Source: Sedimentisphaerales bacterium (GTDB lineage: Bacteria; Planctomycetota; Phycisphaerae; Sedimentisphaerales; UBA12454). Taken from it: a stretch of DNA of 44,602 nucleotides. Made by a program: the position numbers and the translations under genes. Position 1 is the first letter of the stretch, and every line of letters begins with the position of its first letter. The DNA is taken from positions 1 through 44,602 of the forward strand of contig JBAVNP010000113.1 of NCBI GenBank assembly GCA_049691175.1, written 5' to 3'. Shown here one piece after another: positions 1-8,565 of this stretch. The notes under the pieces were generated by a model, which worked only from the letters and a program-made list of their open reading frames with translations, did not search any database and was not told where the DNA came from.

Positions 1-65
1 ATCTTTGAATTTTGATTCATCCGTTTTCAAGTCCCCAGATTAATTTCACAACGGCGCATAGAAAA

Positions 66-81
66 AGTTTCACGTGGAACA
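66..81. promoter_or_regulatory. parS: parS-like ParB binding site, degenerate copy
   Basis: AGTTTCACGTGGAACA read directly. It matches the canonical parS palindrome TGTTTCACGTGAAACA at 14 of 16 positions and lies 125 bp upstream of a perfect copy, in the parB leader. Confidence 0.6.
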
Positions 82-190
82 GAAAACTATAAGCCAGATA
101 TTTACCTTTTGCTTCCTGCCTCCTGCATCCAGCTTTCTTCCTTCTGCACTGTTAGCCTGCTTTATTTTCTACTATTTTGGCAAAATTAGG

Positions 191-206
191 TGTTTCACGT
201 GAAACA
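191..206. promoter_or_regulatory. parS: parS centromere site, perfect consensus
   Basis: TGTTTCACGTGAAACA, a perfect 16-bp palindrome identical to the Bacillus-type parS consensus, about 100 bp upstream of the parB start. Confidence 0.85.
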
Positions 207-303
207 ATTGATATTTTTTGCTGGAAAATGGAAAATGAATCTGCTAAAACCGCAGCAAATAACTCTTACAAGGACGAACAAATCTATAGAAAAGGAGCTG
301 TAT

Positions 304-1245
304 ATGACAACACAAAAAAAGGAAAAACCAAAACATCTCGGCAGGGGACTGGAGTCTCTAATAGGTCCTATAACAAATATCGGACAAGAAAACTCCGATA
401 TATCTTTGGGCGACAATTTATCTAACTTCCCTGTTGACAAGGAGTTACAGGATAATTTTATTGAAATAAGTCTAAACGATATAAACCCAAATCCGTATCA
501 GCCACGGCAGAACTGGGAAGTCCTGCAGCTTAAAGAGCTTTCGGACTCCATCAGAGAAAACGGTGTTATTCAGCCAATAGTAGTCAGGCGGAAGGGCGGC
601 AAATTTGAGATTGTGGCAGGGGAGAGAAGATTCAGAGCCGCTCAAATGGCGGAAATCGGCAAGATACCGGCAATGGTCAGAACGGCAAATGATTCTGAAA
701 TGCTGGCCCTGGCTTTGGTGGAAAATATTCACAGAGCGGATTTGAATCCGATTGAGAAGGCAAAAGCCTATCAGAATTTTATGGAGACTTTCAGCCTGAC
801 ACAGGAACAGGCTGCGCAAAAGTTAGGCCAGGACCGCTCGGTTGTCGCGAATTATGTTCGGCTGCTCAATCTCCCCGCTGAAGTAAAACAAATGCTTGTC
901 GATGGTTCTTTGGATATGGGACACGCAAGGGCGATACTCGCTCTGCCGACAGATGATTTGAGAAAGAGACTTGCCAATCGCGCACTGGCAGGGCGGCTGA
1001 GTGTCCGTGAAGTTGAGAGACTTGTAAGACTCGCATTGAGTGAAAAAGACGAGACGAAACAAAAGCAGATAGTTGAAAAGCCTGCGCATATAAGAGACCT
1101 CGAAGAAAAAATCAGGAGCAGACTCGGCACAAAAGTAAATATACAGGCAAGGAAAAACGGCCAGCGCGGCAGAATAGTTATTGAATTCTATTCACTCGAT
1201 GAATTCGACAGCATCGCTGAAAAGCTCGGCGTTAATTCAGATTAA
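304..1245 (+). CDS. parB: ParB/Spo0J chromosome partitioning protein
   Basis: The N-terminal KHLGRGLESLI box, the GERRFRAA arginine patch (CTP-binding motif) and the HTH region SLTQEQAAQKLGQDRSVVANYVRLL are all present. AAGGAG lies 8 nt before the ATG at 304. The ORF-track start at 190 (GTG) runs through parS and is rejected. Confidence 0.93.
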   Translation: MTTQKKEKPKHLGRGLESLIGPITNIGQENSDISLGDNLSNFPVDKELQDNFIEISLNDINPNPYQPRQNWEVLQLKELSDSIRENGVIQPIVVRRKGGKFEIVAGERRFRAAQMAEIGKIPAMVRTANDSEMLALALVENIHRADLNPIEKAKAYQNFMETFSLTQEQAAQKLGQDRSVVANYVRLLNLPAEVKQMLVDGSLDMGHARAILALPTDDLRKRLANRALAGRLSVREVERLVRLALSEKDETKQKQIVEKPAHIRDLEEKIRSRLGTKVNIQARKNGQRGRIVIEFYSLDEFDSIAEKLGVNSD

Positions 1246-1284
1246 AAAATTGTTTGCGGCTATCTATCCTTAATTTATAATGAT

Positions 1285-1300
1285 TCCTTTAATTAAAGGA
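1285..1300. other. 16-bp perfect AT-rich palindrome TCCTTTAATTAAAGGA between parB and the GH31 gene
   Basis: Read directly. It is either a weak hairpin after parB (no clear U-run) or a dimeric protein binding site. Confidence 0.4.
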
Positions 1301-1346
1301 TTTAGAAATGACTAAAGAATATTTTCCAAAATAGGTAAATAATTTT

Positions 1347-1376
1347 TTGTAAATCTGATTGCGTTTTGGGTAATAT
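1347..1376 (+). promoter_or_regulatory. candidate sigma-70 promoter for the GH31 gene
   Basis: TTGTAA-N18-TAATAT, 25 nt upstream of the ATG at 1401. Confidence 0.35.
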
Positions 1377-1400
1377 ACGTAATTAAAATCGAAACAATCT

Positions 1401-3812
1401 ATGGAAATAAAAATGATAAAAACCAGAAATAAAATATTAGTATCATTACTGCAGTTCGTTTTTGTCTGGGCAAATAATGCATATTCCATTGATGTACGCA
1501 ATAACAGCGTATTGATTCCAATAAAGAATCACGAATCTTCAAAAGTAAAACTTGTGAAAATTAACGTATGTTCGGACAGCATCGTTCAGGTGATAGTTTT
1601 GCCCGCTAATTCAGCTACAGAACCAGAAAGTTTAATGGTTGAAAAAAGAAATTGGAAAAAAGTAGATTTTAATGTTAAGGAAAAAGGTAACGAGATAATT
1701 ATAACGACGAAAAAATTGAAGCTGGTCGCCGATAATAATACCGGAAAGATTATTTTTAAGGACATAAATGATTCGATTATTTTGAAAGAGGGAGACAGAG
1801 AAATTTCTCCGGCTCAGGTGTTAAGCGAAAAAACGTTTAACATTAAACAGCATTTTATCTTTGCTCAAAATGAGGCGTTGTACGGTTTGGGACAACATCA
1901 GGAAGGGACAATGAATTGGCGAGGCCACTATGTAGAACTGTTCCAATATAATATGCGTATTGTTATTCCGTTCTTGTTATCCACCAAAGGATACGGTATT
2001 CTTTGGGATAATTATTCATACACAAAATTCAATGATAATCAGTTTGAATCATATCTGTGGTCAGAGGTTGCTGATGCGATTAATTACTATTTTGTTTATG
2101 GGCCTGAGCTGGACGAAGTAATTTCCGGTTACAGAATTATTACAGGTAAAGCCCCAATGTTTCCGAAGTGGGTTTTTGGGTATATCCAATCTAAAGAGCG
2201 TTATAAAACACAGGAAGAATTATTGTCTATTGCCAGGGAATACAGGGAAAGAAAGATTCCAATGGATGTGCTGGTGCAGGATTGGCGATATTGGCAGGAT
2301 GGTATGTGGGGGCAAAAAAGTTTTGATAAATCCCGGTTCCCCGACCCGTCGGCAATGATGGAACAACTGCATAAAGACTACAATATCCACCTGATGATAT
2401 CCATTTGGCCCAGCATGGCTCCCAAATCATATGACTATCAGGAGATGGTGAAACATCCGGGTTTTTTATACTCCGACAAAGAATCCTCTTGTTATGATGC
2501 CTTTAATGAAAAAGCCCGCGCCCTTTACTGGAAACAAGCCAATGAAGGGCTTTTCCGTCACGGCATTGATGCCTGGTGGTGCGACGCTACAGAACCGGAA
2601 TTCCTCGGCGGTTGGGATTTTTGTAATGACTATTTTAGAACGCAGATGAAACCTTATATAGGTTCAGGGGCACGTTATATGAATGCCTACTCCCTGATGC
2701 AGACAAAAGGGATGTATGAAAATCAGCGTCAGGTTACATCTGAAAAGCGAGTTTTTATTATGACCCGCTCATGCTATGCCGGCCAGCAAAGATATGCTGC
2801 GGCGACATGGTCCGGCGATATCGTGGCTAATTGGGATGTATTCAAAGCACAAATTCCTGCAGGGTTAAATTTCTGTATGTCGGGAGTGCCCTATTGGAAT
2901 ACGGATATCGGCGGATTCTTCGTTCAATCTGCCCAAAAAGGAGAGCTTGGCAAGGGGATGTGGGGAAGAAATGGAAGTTACGACTTGGGATTGTCGGATG
3001 ATAATTATAAAGAGCTTTATGTGAGATGGTTTCAGTATGGCGCTTTTTGTCCTTTATTCCGCGCACATGGAACAGATGTTCCCAGGGAAATATGGCAATT
3101 CGGCCAACCTGGACACTGGGCATACGATGCATTGTTAAAATTCGACCAATTAAGATATCGTTTGATGCCGTATATTTATTCGACGGCATGGATGGTTACA
3201 AATGACGATTATACCATGATGCGCGGCTTGGCGATGGATTTCAGAAATGATTCTCATGTATTCGATATTGACGACCAGTTTATGTTTGGCACATCACTAA
3301 TGGTAAATCCTGTAACGGCGCCAAAAGCAACTTATAGAAATGTCTATTTGCCCATAGGGTCAGACTGGTATAATTTCTGGACAGGAAAAAAATATTCAGG
3401 GGGACAAACAATTCCTGTGCCAACGCCAATTGATCAAATCCCTGTCTTTGTTAAAGCAGGCTCAATTATACCGCTGGGGCCGGTTATTCAATACGCAACT
3501 GAAATGCCCCAGGCTCCTGTTGAACTGAGAATTTATGCGGGAGCCGATGCCGTGTTTAATCTTTATGAAGATGAAAACGATAACTACAATTACGAATCGG
3601 GGAAATATACAATAATCCCAATAGTTTACAGTGAAGACAATAAAACCTTAACAATTGAAGAAAGAAAAGGTCAATTTCCGGGGATGATTAAGGATCGTCT
3701 TTTTAAAATTGCTATTGTCAAAGAGGGACAAGGAACTGACATTGGTTTGGTTCAAAATCCGGATAATAGCATAAACTATGATGGGAAAAAGCAGGTAATA
3801 AAACTTGAGTAA
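1401..3812 (+). CDS. secreted glycoside hydrolase family 31 (alpha-xylosidase/alpha-glucosidase-like)
   Basis: 803 aa. The N-terminal signal-like segment is KILVSLLQFVFVWANNAYS. The GH31-type nucleophile region is GIDAWWCDATEPE and the acid/base region is ATWSGDIVANWD. The start could instead be the ATG at 1413. Confidence 0.88.
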   Translation: MEIKMIKTRNKILVSLLQFVFVWANNAYSIDVRNNSVLIPIKNHESSKVKLVKINVCSDSIVQVIVLPANSATEPESLMVEKRNWKKVDFNVKEKGNEIIITTKKLKLVADNNTGKIIFKDINDSIILKEGDREISPAQVLSEKTFNIKQHFIFAQNEALYGLGQHQEGTMNWRGHYVELFQYNMRIVIPFLLSTKGYGILWDNYSYTKFNDNQFESYLWSEVADAINYYFVYGPELDEVISGYRIITGKAPMFPKWVFGYIQSKERYKTQEELLSIAREYRERKIPMDVLVQDWRYWQDGMWGQKSFDKSRFPDPSAMMEQLHKDYNIHLMISIWPSMAPKSYDYQEMVKHPGFLYSDKESSCYDAFNEKARALYWKQANEGLFRHGIDAWWCDATEPEFLGGWDFCNDYFRTQMKPYIGSGARYMNAYSLMQTKGMYENQRQVTSEKRVFIMTRSCYAGQQRYAAATWSGDIVANWDVFKAQIPAGLNFCMSGVPYWNTDIGGFFVQSAQKGELGKGMWGRNGSYDLGLSDDNYKELYVRWFQYGAFCPLFRAHGTDVPREIWQFGQPGHWAYDALLKFDQLRYRLMPYIYSTAWMVTNDDYTMMRGLAMDFRNDSHVFDIDDQFMFGTSLMVNPVTAPKATYRNVYLPIGSDWYNFWTGKKYSGGQTIPVPTPIDQIPVFVKAGSIIPLGPVIQYATEMPQAPVELRIYAGADAVFNLYEDENDNYNYESGKYTIIPIVYSEDNKTLTIEERKGQFPGMIKDRLFKIAIVKEGQGTDIGLVQNPDNSINYDGKKQVIKLE

Positions 3813-3924
3813 TATTCATAGATGAGGTAACGGGATTTCAGGTCGTTAGAGATAGATGCATTAATGATTCATAACCTCAATTTTATTTCAAATACACCCG
3901 TTTTCAATAATTGCGTAAAGATTT

Positions 3925-3956
3925 GCCGCAAAAAATCCGGCCTTTTTTATTTTTTT
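3925..3956 (+). terminator. weak intrinsic terminator after the GH31 gene
   Basis: A short GCCG/CGGC stem is followed by T6-A-T7. The T-run is part of the 36-nt repeat at 3942..3977. Confidence 0.4.
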
Positions 3957-3977
3957 GTCGCAAAAGGGGGATTTTCT
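3942..3977 (+). repeat. 36-nt intergenic repeat, copy A (CTTTTTTATTTTTTTGTCGCAAAAGGGGGATTTTCT)
   Basis: 33 of 36 positions are identical to 7977..8012, and the first 25 nt are identical. Both copies start at the U-run of a terminator and sit upstream of the next operon. Confidence 0.8.
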
Positions 3978-4009
3978 GCACTATATAGTGAGAGTTCGAA
4001 TTCTTAATA

Positions 4010-4567
4010 ATGATGCTTTTTGAGATGTTAATGGCTGAAAACGATAACTACTTTATTGAACAGTGTTTAGACGGCAGGCCGGACGAGTTTCGTCATTTAG
4101 TTCGACGGTATCAAACGGCCGTGACAGCGTATTTGACAAGTAAATTAGGCAATAAATCCAATGCCGAAGAAGCGGCTCAGGAAACTTTTGTACGGGCGTA
4201 TTTCAATTTGTCCGACCTGAAAAAACGCGACTCTTTTTCTTCCTGGCTGCTCGGTATCGCCGGTCGCGTTGTCAAAGAACAATTGAGAAATAAAATTCAG
4301 CTTGTCGATGTGGAGCTGGCCGAACCGCGGGCCAAAGAGCAAAAAACCGAAGACGATTTCGAATTGCAGCGGGCATTTGCACAGCTTCCGGATTCTCACA
4401 GAGAAATACTTCTTTTGAGATTCTATGCCAGTCAGTCTTGTCAGCAAATCGCAGCCAATCTCAATATGCCGCTGGGTTCAGTAACGAAAACGCTCTCGAG
4501 AGCTTACGTGGAATTACGCCGACTGCTTGAAAAACAAAAAATGAAAGACAACGAGGTGCAAAGATGA
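4010..4567 (+). CDS. ECF (group 4) RNA polymerase sigma factor, copy 1
   Basis: Region 2 (FRHLVRRYQ..., ETFVRAYFNL) and the region 4 HTH (SCQQIAANLNMPLGSVTKTLSRAYVELRRLL) are present. It overlaps the next gene by 4 nt (ATGA). The true start may be the ATG at 4031 (MAEND...). Confidence 0.9.
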   Translation: MMLFEMLMAENDNYFIEQCLDGRPDEFRHLVRRYQTAVTAYLTSKLGNKSNAEEAAQETFVRAYFNLSDLKKRDSFSSWLLGIAGRVVKEQLRNKIQLVDVELAEPRAKEQKTEDDFELQRAFAQLPDSHREILLLRFYASQSCQQIAANLNMPLGSVTKTLSRAYVELRRLLEKQKMKDNEVQR

Positions 4568-5901
4568 ATTGCACAGAAATTAGAGAACAACTTGTTGAAT
4601 ATATCGAAGGTCTTCTGCCAGATGAGCAGAAACAACAACTTGAAGCGCATCTGAAAAATTGTCGGCAGTGTCAAACCGAATTAGAACAGTTAACCGCTCT
4701 TGGAAAAAGATTAACTTCCGATTCTGAAAACAAACAATCGGACGAATTCGAAAACGCGATATTTAACCGTATTATTCGTGAACAAAACAAAAGATTAAAA
4801 CAGACTGACGGGGTCAATCGCCAGTTTAATATATGGAGAATAATTATGAAAAGCAAAATAACAAAATTTGCTGTTGCGGCGACGATAGTCATAGCAGCAA
4901 TTTCAGGAATAAGTATTCTTAACAGAACAGTTCCAATAGCTTTTGGAATTGAGCAGGTAATTGAAGCTTATAATAACATCCGCTATTTGCACATTAAACA
5001 ATTCAGAGCTAATCAACAGGAACCAGCCGAGTTCTGGATTAAATCGGACCAGCAAGGTCGTGTCGCAAAATCAAGATACTACCTGCCTGTAACCGAAGAT
5101 GGCGTAAAAGTCATTACCTGGTCGCCCGAAAAAGCGGAAATCTGGTTTAAAAGTAAGAAAGGCTATCTTATTTTCAAAACTAAACGGATTGAAGGCTGGA
5201 TGCAAAGTCTTATAGAACAATGTCAACCTAAATTGGTTATGGAAAAACTTCTCGATGACCAAAAGACAGGCATTGTTGACATCAATACTGTAAAACCCCA
5301 GAACAAACAGGAACCTGCCACAATTATTGCAACCTATAAATCCAAAGCCAGAAAGGAAATTTACTATATAAACCAGGCGACGGATTTAATTACTTTAATC
5401 GAATTTTACGATATCAAAAACAATCAGAATAACCTGGTTTCAACAACGGAATTCTATGACTACAACGTTCCTATAGACGAAAAGATGTTTACTCTCAAAG
5501 ATGAAGTTCCAAAAGATATAGAAGCAGTCAATCAGCTTGAACAACTCATCGGTATACCACAGGGGGATATGACGTATGAACAGGCGGCGGCAGAAACCGT
5601 CCGTCAGTTTTTCCAGGCGCTGATTGATAAGGATTATAAAAAAGCAGGGCAAATATTCTGTGGGCTATCTGAAGCCAAAGCAAAGGAATATTTCGGCAAA
5701 CTCAATGTTACCGCGATTATTTCGATCGGCGACCCGACACCATATCCAAAATGCGGACCGCATAGTTTTAAAGTTCCCTGCAAACTGGAAATTACCAGCC
5801 CAGATGGGCAAAAGACTATCTGGGAGCCTTTTGGTCCATTTGCAAGATGCGGCGATGACGAAATGCATCCCGACCGTTGGATAATCCACGGCGGAATTTA
5901 A
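4564..5901 (+). CDS. membrane-spanning zinc-binding (ZAS-type) anti-sigma factor with a roughly 330-aa extracytoplasmic domain
   Basis: It has the H-x3-C-x2-C motif (HLKNCRQC), one TM helix (ITKFAVAATIVIAAISGISIL) and translational coupling to the ECF sigma gene. Confidence 0.75.
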   Translation: MNCTEIREQLVEYIEGLLPDEQKQQLEAHLKNCRQCQTELEQLTALGKRLTSDSENKQSDEFENAIFNRIIREQNKRLKQTDGVNRQFNIWRIIMKSKITKFAVAATIVIAAISGISILNRTVPIAFGIEQVIEAYNNIRYLHIKQFRANQQEPAEFWIKSDQQGRVAKSRYYLPVTEDGVKVITWSPEKAEIWFKSKKGYLIFKTKRIEGWMQSLIEQCQPKLVMEKLLDDQKTGIVDINTVKPQNKQEPATIIATYKSKARKEIYYINQATDLITLIEFYDIKNNQNNLVSTTEFYDYNVPIDEKMFTLKDEVPKDIEAVNQLEQLIGIPQGDMTYEQAAAETVRQFFQALIDKDYKKAGQIFCGLSEAKAKEYFGKLNVTAIISIGDPTPYPKCGPHSFKVPCKLEITSPDGQKTIWEPFGPFARCGDDEMHPDRWIIHGGI

Positions 5902-5933
5902 AAAACACTTTGATTTTCAGACAAGTTTTACAA

Positions 5934-5960
5934 AGGCCGGTTGAAAAATCGGCCTTTTTT
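5934..5960 (+). terminator. intrinsic terminator after anti-sigma 1
   Basis: AGGCCG stem, 10-nt loop, CGGCCT, then T6. Confidence 0.7.
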
Positions 5961-5968
5961 GTTGGTTT

Positions 5969-5997
5969 TTGGATAAAATACACCAAAGGCGTATAAA
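5969..5997 (+). promoter_or_regulatory. candidate sigma-70 promoter for the second ECF module
   Basis: TTGGAT-N17-TATAAA, about 85 nt upstream of the ATG at 6083. Confidence 0.45.
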
Positions 5998-6082
5998 TAT
6001 AATTTTCTTTAGACTAAAATGGCTGATTATGTGTCTTATCAGTAACGGTCGTCAGTTTCGCGAAACTTATAGGTAATTACAG

Positions 6083-6619
6083 ATGTTTGAAGACAAATGG
6101 CTGATTTGGAAGCTAAAGCAGGGCAACAGTGATGCTCTTTGCCGGATATATAAAAAGTACAAAAACAATATGCTGGCATTGGCTATCGCTCTTTCAAATA
6201 ATAAAACTGCCGCAGAAGACATCGTACACGATTGTTTTGTCTCTTTTGCGCAATCGGCGAGGGGGCTTCAATTGAGAGATAGTTTAAGAAGCTACCTGCT
6301 AACCTCTATCGCAAATCGTGTACGGAATTCAGACAGGGATAAAATAAGGCCGGCATTAGACGTCGATGAAATTGATATAGCCGGACCCGATTCCGATTGT
6401 CCGTCGCACTTGGCAATATCAAAAGAGCAAATGCAGCGAATTAATCTTGCTTTAAGTAAACTGCCTTATGAACAGCAGGAGATAATAATTCTGCATCTGC
6501 AAAGCGGATTAAAATTTAAAGAGATAGCCGAATCGCAGAGTGTTTCGGTTAATACAATTCAAAGCCGATACCGGTATGGAATAGACAAACTGCGGTCAAT
6601 TTTAGATGGTGAGGTATAA
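6083..6619 (+). CDS. ECF RNA polymerase sigma factor, copy 2
   Basis: Region 2 (DIVHDCFVSFAQS) and the region 4 HTH (KFKEIAESQSVSVNTIQSRYRYGIDKLR) are present. A membrane protein gene follows 2 nt later. Confidence 0.88.
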   Translation: MFEDKWLIWKLKQGNSDALCRIYKKYKNNMLALAIALSNNKTAAEDIVHDCFVSFAQSARGLQLRDSLRSYLLTSIANRVRNSDRDKIRPALDVDEIDIAGPDSDCPSHLAISKEQMQRINLALSKLPYEQQEIIILHLQSGLKFKEIAESQSVSVNTIQSRYRYGIDKLRSILDGEV

Positions 6620-6621
6620 AA

Positions 6622-7884
6622 ATGAATACTGCAGAAAATATAGAAAAGTTAATCAAATCGTTTTTTAAAGCAAAAAAATCATACTCCGCCGTCTCCTCTC
6701 AGATGGACGAAAAAGTTCTCGATGATGCATTGGCGGCGTTTGAGAAATCTAAAATAAACACATCGGCTGATTTACAGCCGAGTGTATGGAGAATAATTAT
6801 GAAAAGTTCAATTACAAAAGTGGCAATAGCCGCAGTATTGCTTATCGCAACTGTACTAACAATAACGTTTTTAAACAAATCAGCCGCACCCGCTTATGCA
6901 TTTGAACAGACTATGACGGCGGTTGATGGTATGCGGTATTTTCATTTTAAACAATTCGGCGATCCCACAAATATTAGAAACCTTGGTAAAGAGGCCTGGG
7001 TTGAATACGGCCCAACCGGCGTGGTAAAGAATTTGAGATTTGATGTTTATGACAAAGGCGAAATTTCCGAATCAGTGGCATGGAAGGAGGGCAAAACAGA
7101 ATGGTGGAGGAGGGACAAGAAGAATCTTATGTTTTTTGAAGATGAAGGTTATACGGCAAAAATTTTGTTTTTTGCATCGCGATATAATCCCAAAGGCGCG
7201 TTGGAATACCTCGACAGCTTAGAGAAAGAGGGCAAAGTTAAAATCCAAATAGAAGAACCGACAACAAGTCAGGGCGATATTTTAGTGACAGCGATATATG
7301 AACCGAACACATATTTGTTACGGCGTCAGATGCCGGCCATTAAAGATGTTTATCATATTGATAATGCCAGCAGGCTTGTTAAGGCCGTGGAAATATTTCT
7401 ATTAGACCCGAACGGCCCAAAAGCTATTGGAAGGTGGGAATACTGCGATTATAATCAACCGTTTGCGCCCGAGCTTCTTGACCTTAATAAAGAAGCGCCT
7501 CCCGATGTCAATAGGGTTGATATGATGGCTATGGATATCGGAATCGAACAAGGCGATTTAAGCGATAGTGCAATTGCCGTAGAAACAGCCTCGCAATTTT
7601 TGGATGCGATTGTTGATGAAGATTATACCTTGGCGGGCAAACTTGTAAACGAAGGAATGACAGAACAGCAGGCCAGGCAGGAATTTGGGGATTTCCATAT
7701 TTTGCAGGTAATTTCGATAGATGAGCCAAAAATGGATCAATATATGTTCTGGATGGTGCCGGTTAAAGTTATGACTGAGAAAGACGGCAAAACAATAGAA
7801 CAGAAATTTACCTTAAAATCTGGTAAGGTTTTGGGGCATCCAACCAGATGGGCGGTCCGAGAATTAAAACCTGGATGTAAATAG
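6622..7884 (+). CDS. putative anti-sigma factor, paralog of 4564..5901, lacking the zinc motif
   Basis: Shared blocks with 4564..5901: WRIIMKS(K/S)ITK(F/V)A(V/I)AA around the single TM helix, (I/M)RY(L/F)H(I/F)KQF, and the C-terminal Q(F/F)(F/L)(Q/D)A(L/I)(I/V)D(K/E)DY. There is no HxxxCxxC in the N-terminal segment. Confidence 0.65.
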   Translation: MNTAENIEKLIKSFFKAKKSYSAVSSQMDEKVLDDALAAFEKSKINTSADLQPSVWRIIMKSSITKVAIAAVLLIATVLTITFLNKSAAPAYAFEQTMTAVDGMRYFHFKQFGDPTNIRNLGKEAWVEYGPTGVVKNLRFDVYDKGEISESVAWKEGKTEWWRRDKKNLMFFEDEGYTAKILFFASRYNPKGALEYLDSLEKEGKVKIQIEEPTTSQGDILVTAIYEPNTYLLRRQMPAIKDVYHIDNASRLVKAVEIFLLDPNGPKAIGRWEYCDYNQPFAPELLDLNKEAPPDVNRVDMMAMDIGIEQGDLSDSAIAVETASQFLDAIVDEDYTLAGKLVNEGMTEQQARQEFGDFHILQVISIDEPKMDQYMFWMVPVKVMTEKDGKTIEQKFTLKSGKVLGHPTRWAVRELKPGCK

Positions 7885-7889
7885 AGTGC

Positions 7890-7914
7890 TGGGGCATCCA
7901 ACCAGGTGGGCAGT
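7890..7914 (+). repeat. 25-nt relic copy of the 3' end of the anti-sigma 2 gene
   Basis: TGGGGCATCCAACCAGGTGGGCAGT matches 7832..7856 (TGGGGCATCCAACCAGATGGGCGGT) at 23 of 25 positions. The copy lies just past the stop codon. Confidence 0.75.
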
Positions 7915-7953
7915 TGTAGTTCAGGAATGAAAATAGTTTTAGAGGCAAGTAAA

Positions 7954-7983
7954 GGCCGGGCACTCATCCGCTCGGTCTTTTTT
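7954..7983 (+). terminator. intrinsic terminator after anti-sigma 2
   Basis: GGCCGGGC pairs with GCTCGGTC in an 8-bp stem that includes two G-U pairs, followed by T6. Confidence 0.55.
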
Positions 7984-8012
7984 ATTTTTTTGTCGCAAAA
8001 GTGGAGTTTTCT
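7977..8012 (+). repeat. 36-nt intergenic repeat, copy B (CTTTTTTATTTTTTTGTCGCAAAAGTGGAGTTTTCT)
   Basis: See copy A at 3942..3977. Confidence 0.8.
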
Positions 8013-8072
8013 TGTTTTTGGGGGCTAAAAAGGGGGTTTTTAAAAAATTCTTCCAAAAAATGTAAAATTTAC

Positions 8073-8123
8073 TTGACATTATGTAATGTCTGGCTTACAT
8101 TATGTCCTGTATAGATTACATTA
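8073..8123 (+). promoter_or_regulatory. sigma-70 promoter with a three-fold ACATTA operator array for the 4-TM/XRE operon
   Basis: TTGACA (8073-8078), N17, TACATT (8096-8101). The hexamer ACATTA starts at 8076, 8097 and 8118, exactly 21 bp apart. The first copy forms the inverted repeat ACATTA-TG-TAATGT (8076-8089). The sites overlap the -35, the -10 and the RBS. Confidence 0.6.
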
Positions 8124-8136
8124 AGGAGTTAATAAT

Positions 8137-8565
8137 ATGAACAGGGCACAAAAAATAGCTTGGTTATTCGTAATTACTATATCTTTAGCAGTTGTAAGCA
8201 GTCTTGCGGCCTTTGCGATTTTATATATTAAAGTTGGAATCCCAAAAGCATTTGCTGGCTTTGCTCTTTTAGGGATTGCTGGCTTTGGAGGATTCGGGCC
8301 GATTGTTTTTCCCAAAGATAAAGGCAAAATTACCTGTGACGAACGAGACACTTTCATTGACCGGCAGGCCGCTATTGCTGGTTTTGCAACAGCATTTTTG
8401 GTTGTAGGATTAGCGTGCATGCTTCCGTTTTTCATACTTGGGCCACAGGCGACTGTAGCCGTTTGGTGGCTGCCTAATATTTTTGGGGCGGCTGGTTTGG
8501 CCACATTTTTTGTACATTCTGTAGTAATTCTGGTTCTTTACGGCAGGAGTGATAAAAATGAATAG
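8137..8565 (+). CDS. small 4-TM membrane protein, paralog 1 (DUF2178-like architecture)
   Basis: AAGGAG RBS, MNRAQKIAW N-terminus, four hydrophobic helices and the loop motif KITCDERDTFIDR between TM2 and TM3. Confidence 0.75.
   Translation: MNRAQKIAWLFVITISLAVVSSLAAFAILYIKVGIPKAFAGFALLGIAGFGGFGPIVFPKDKGKITCDERDTFIDRQAAIAGFATAFLVVGLACMLPFFILGPQATVAVWWLPNIFGAAGLATFFVHSVVILVLYGRSDKNE

Noticed and set aside
190-303. N-terminal extension of the ParB ORF (GTG at 190) given in the ORF track
   Set aside because: The extension is translated straight through the perfect parS palindrome and has odd composition. A strong RBS plus the ATG at 304 gives the normal ParB N-terminus just before the GRGL box.
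3978-4009. ECF-type autoregulatory promoter (GAAC-N16-CGT-like) upstream of either sigma gene
   Set aside because: There is no convincing AAC...CGT pair at correct spacing. In front of the first sigma gene TATATA is present but without a usable -35. The second module fits a sigma-70 pattern better (TTGGAT-N17-TATAAA).
8121-8504. 127-aa minus-strand ORF, plus 8584..8841 (-)
   Set aside because: They are antisense to the 4-TM paralogs. The plus-strand genes have RBSs, conserved N-termini, conserved overlap junctions and clean TM topology.
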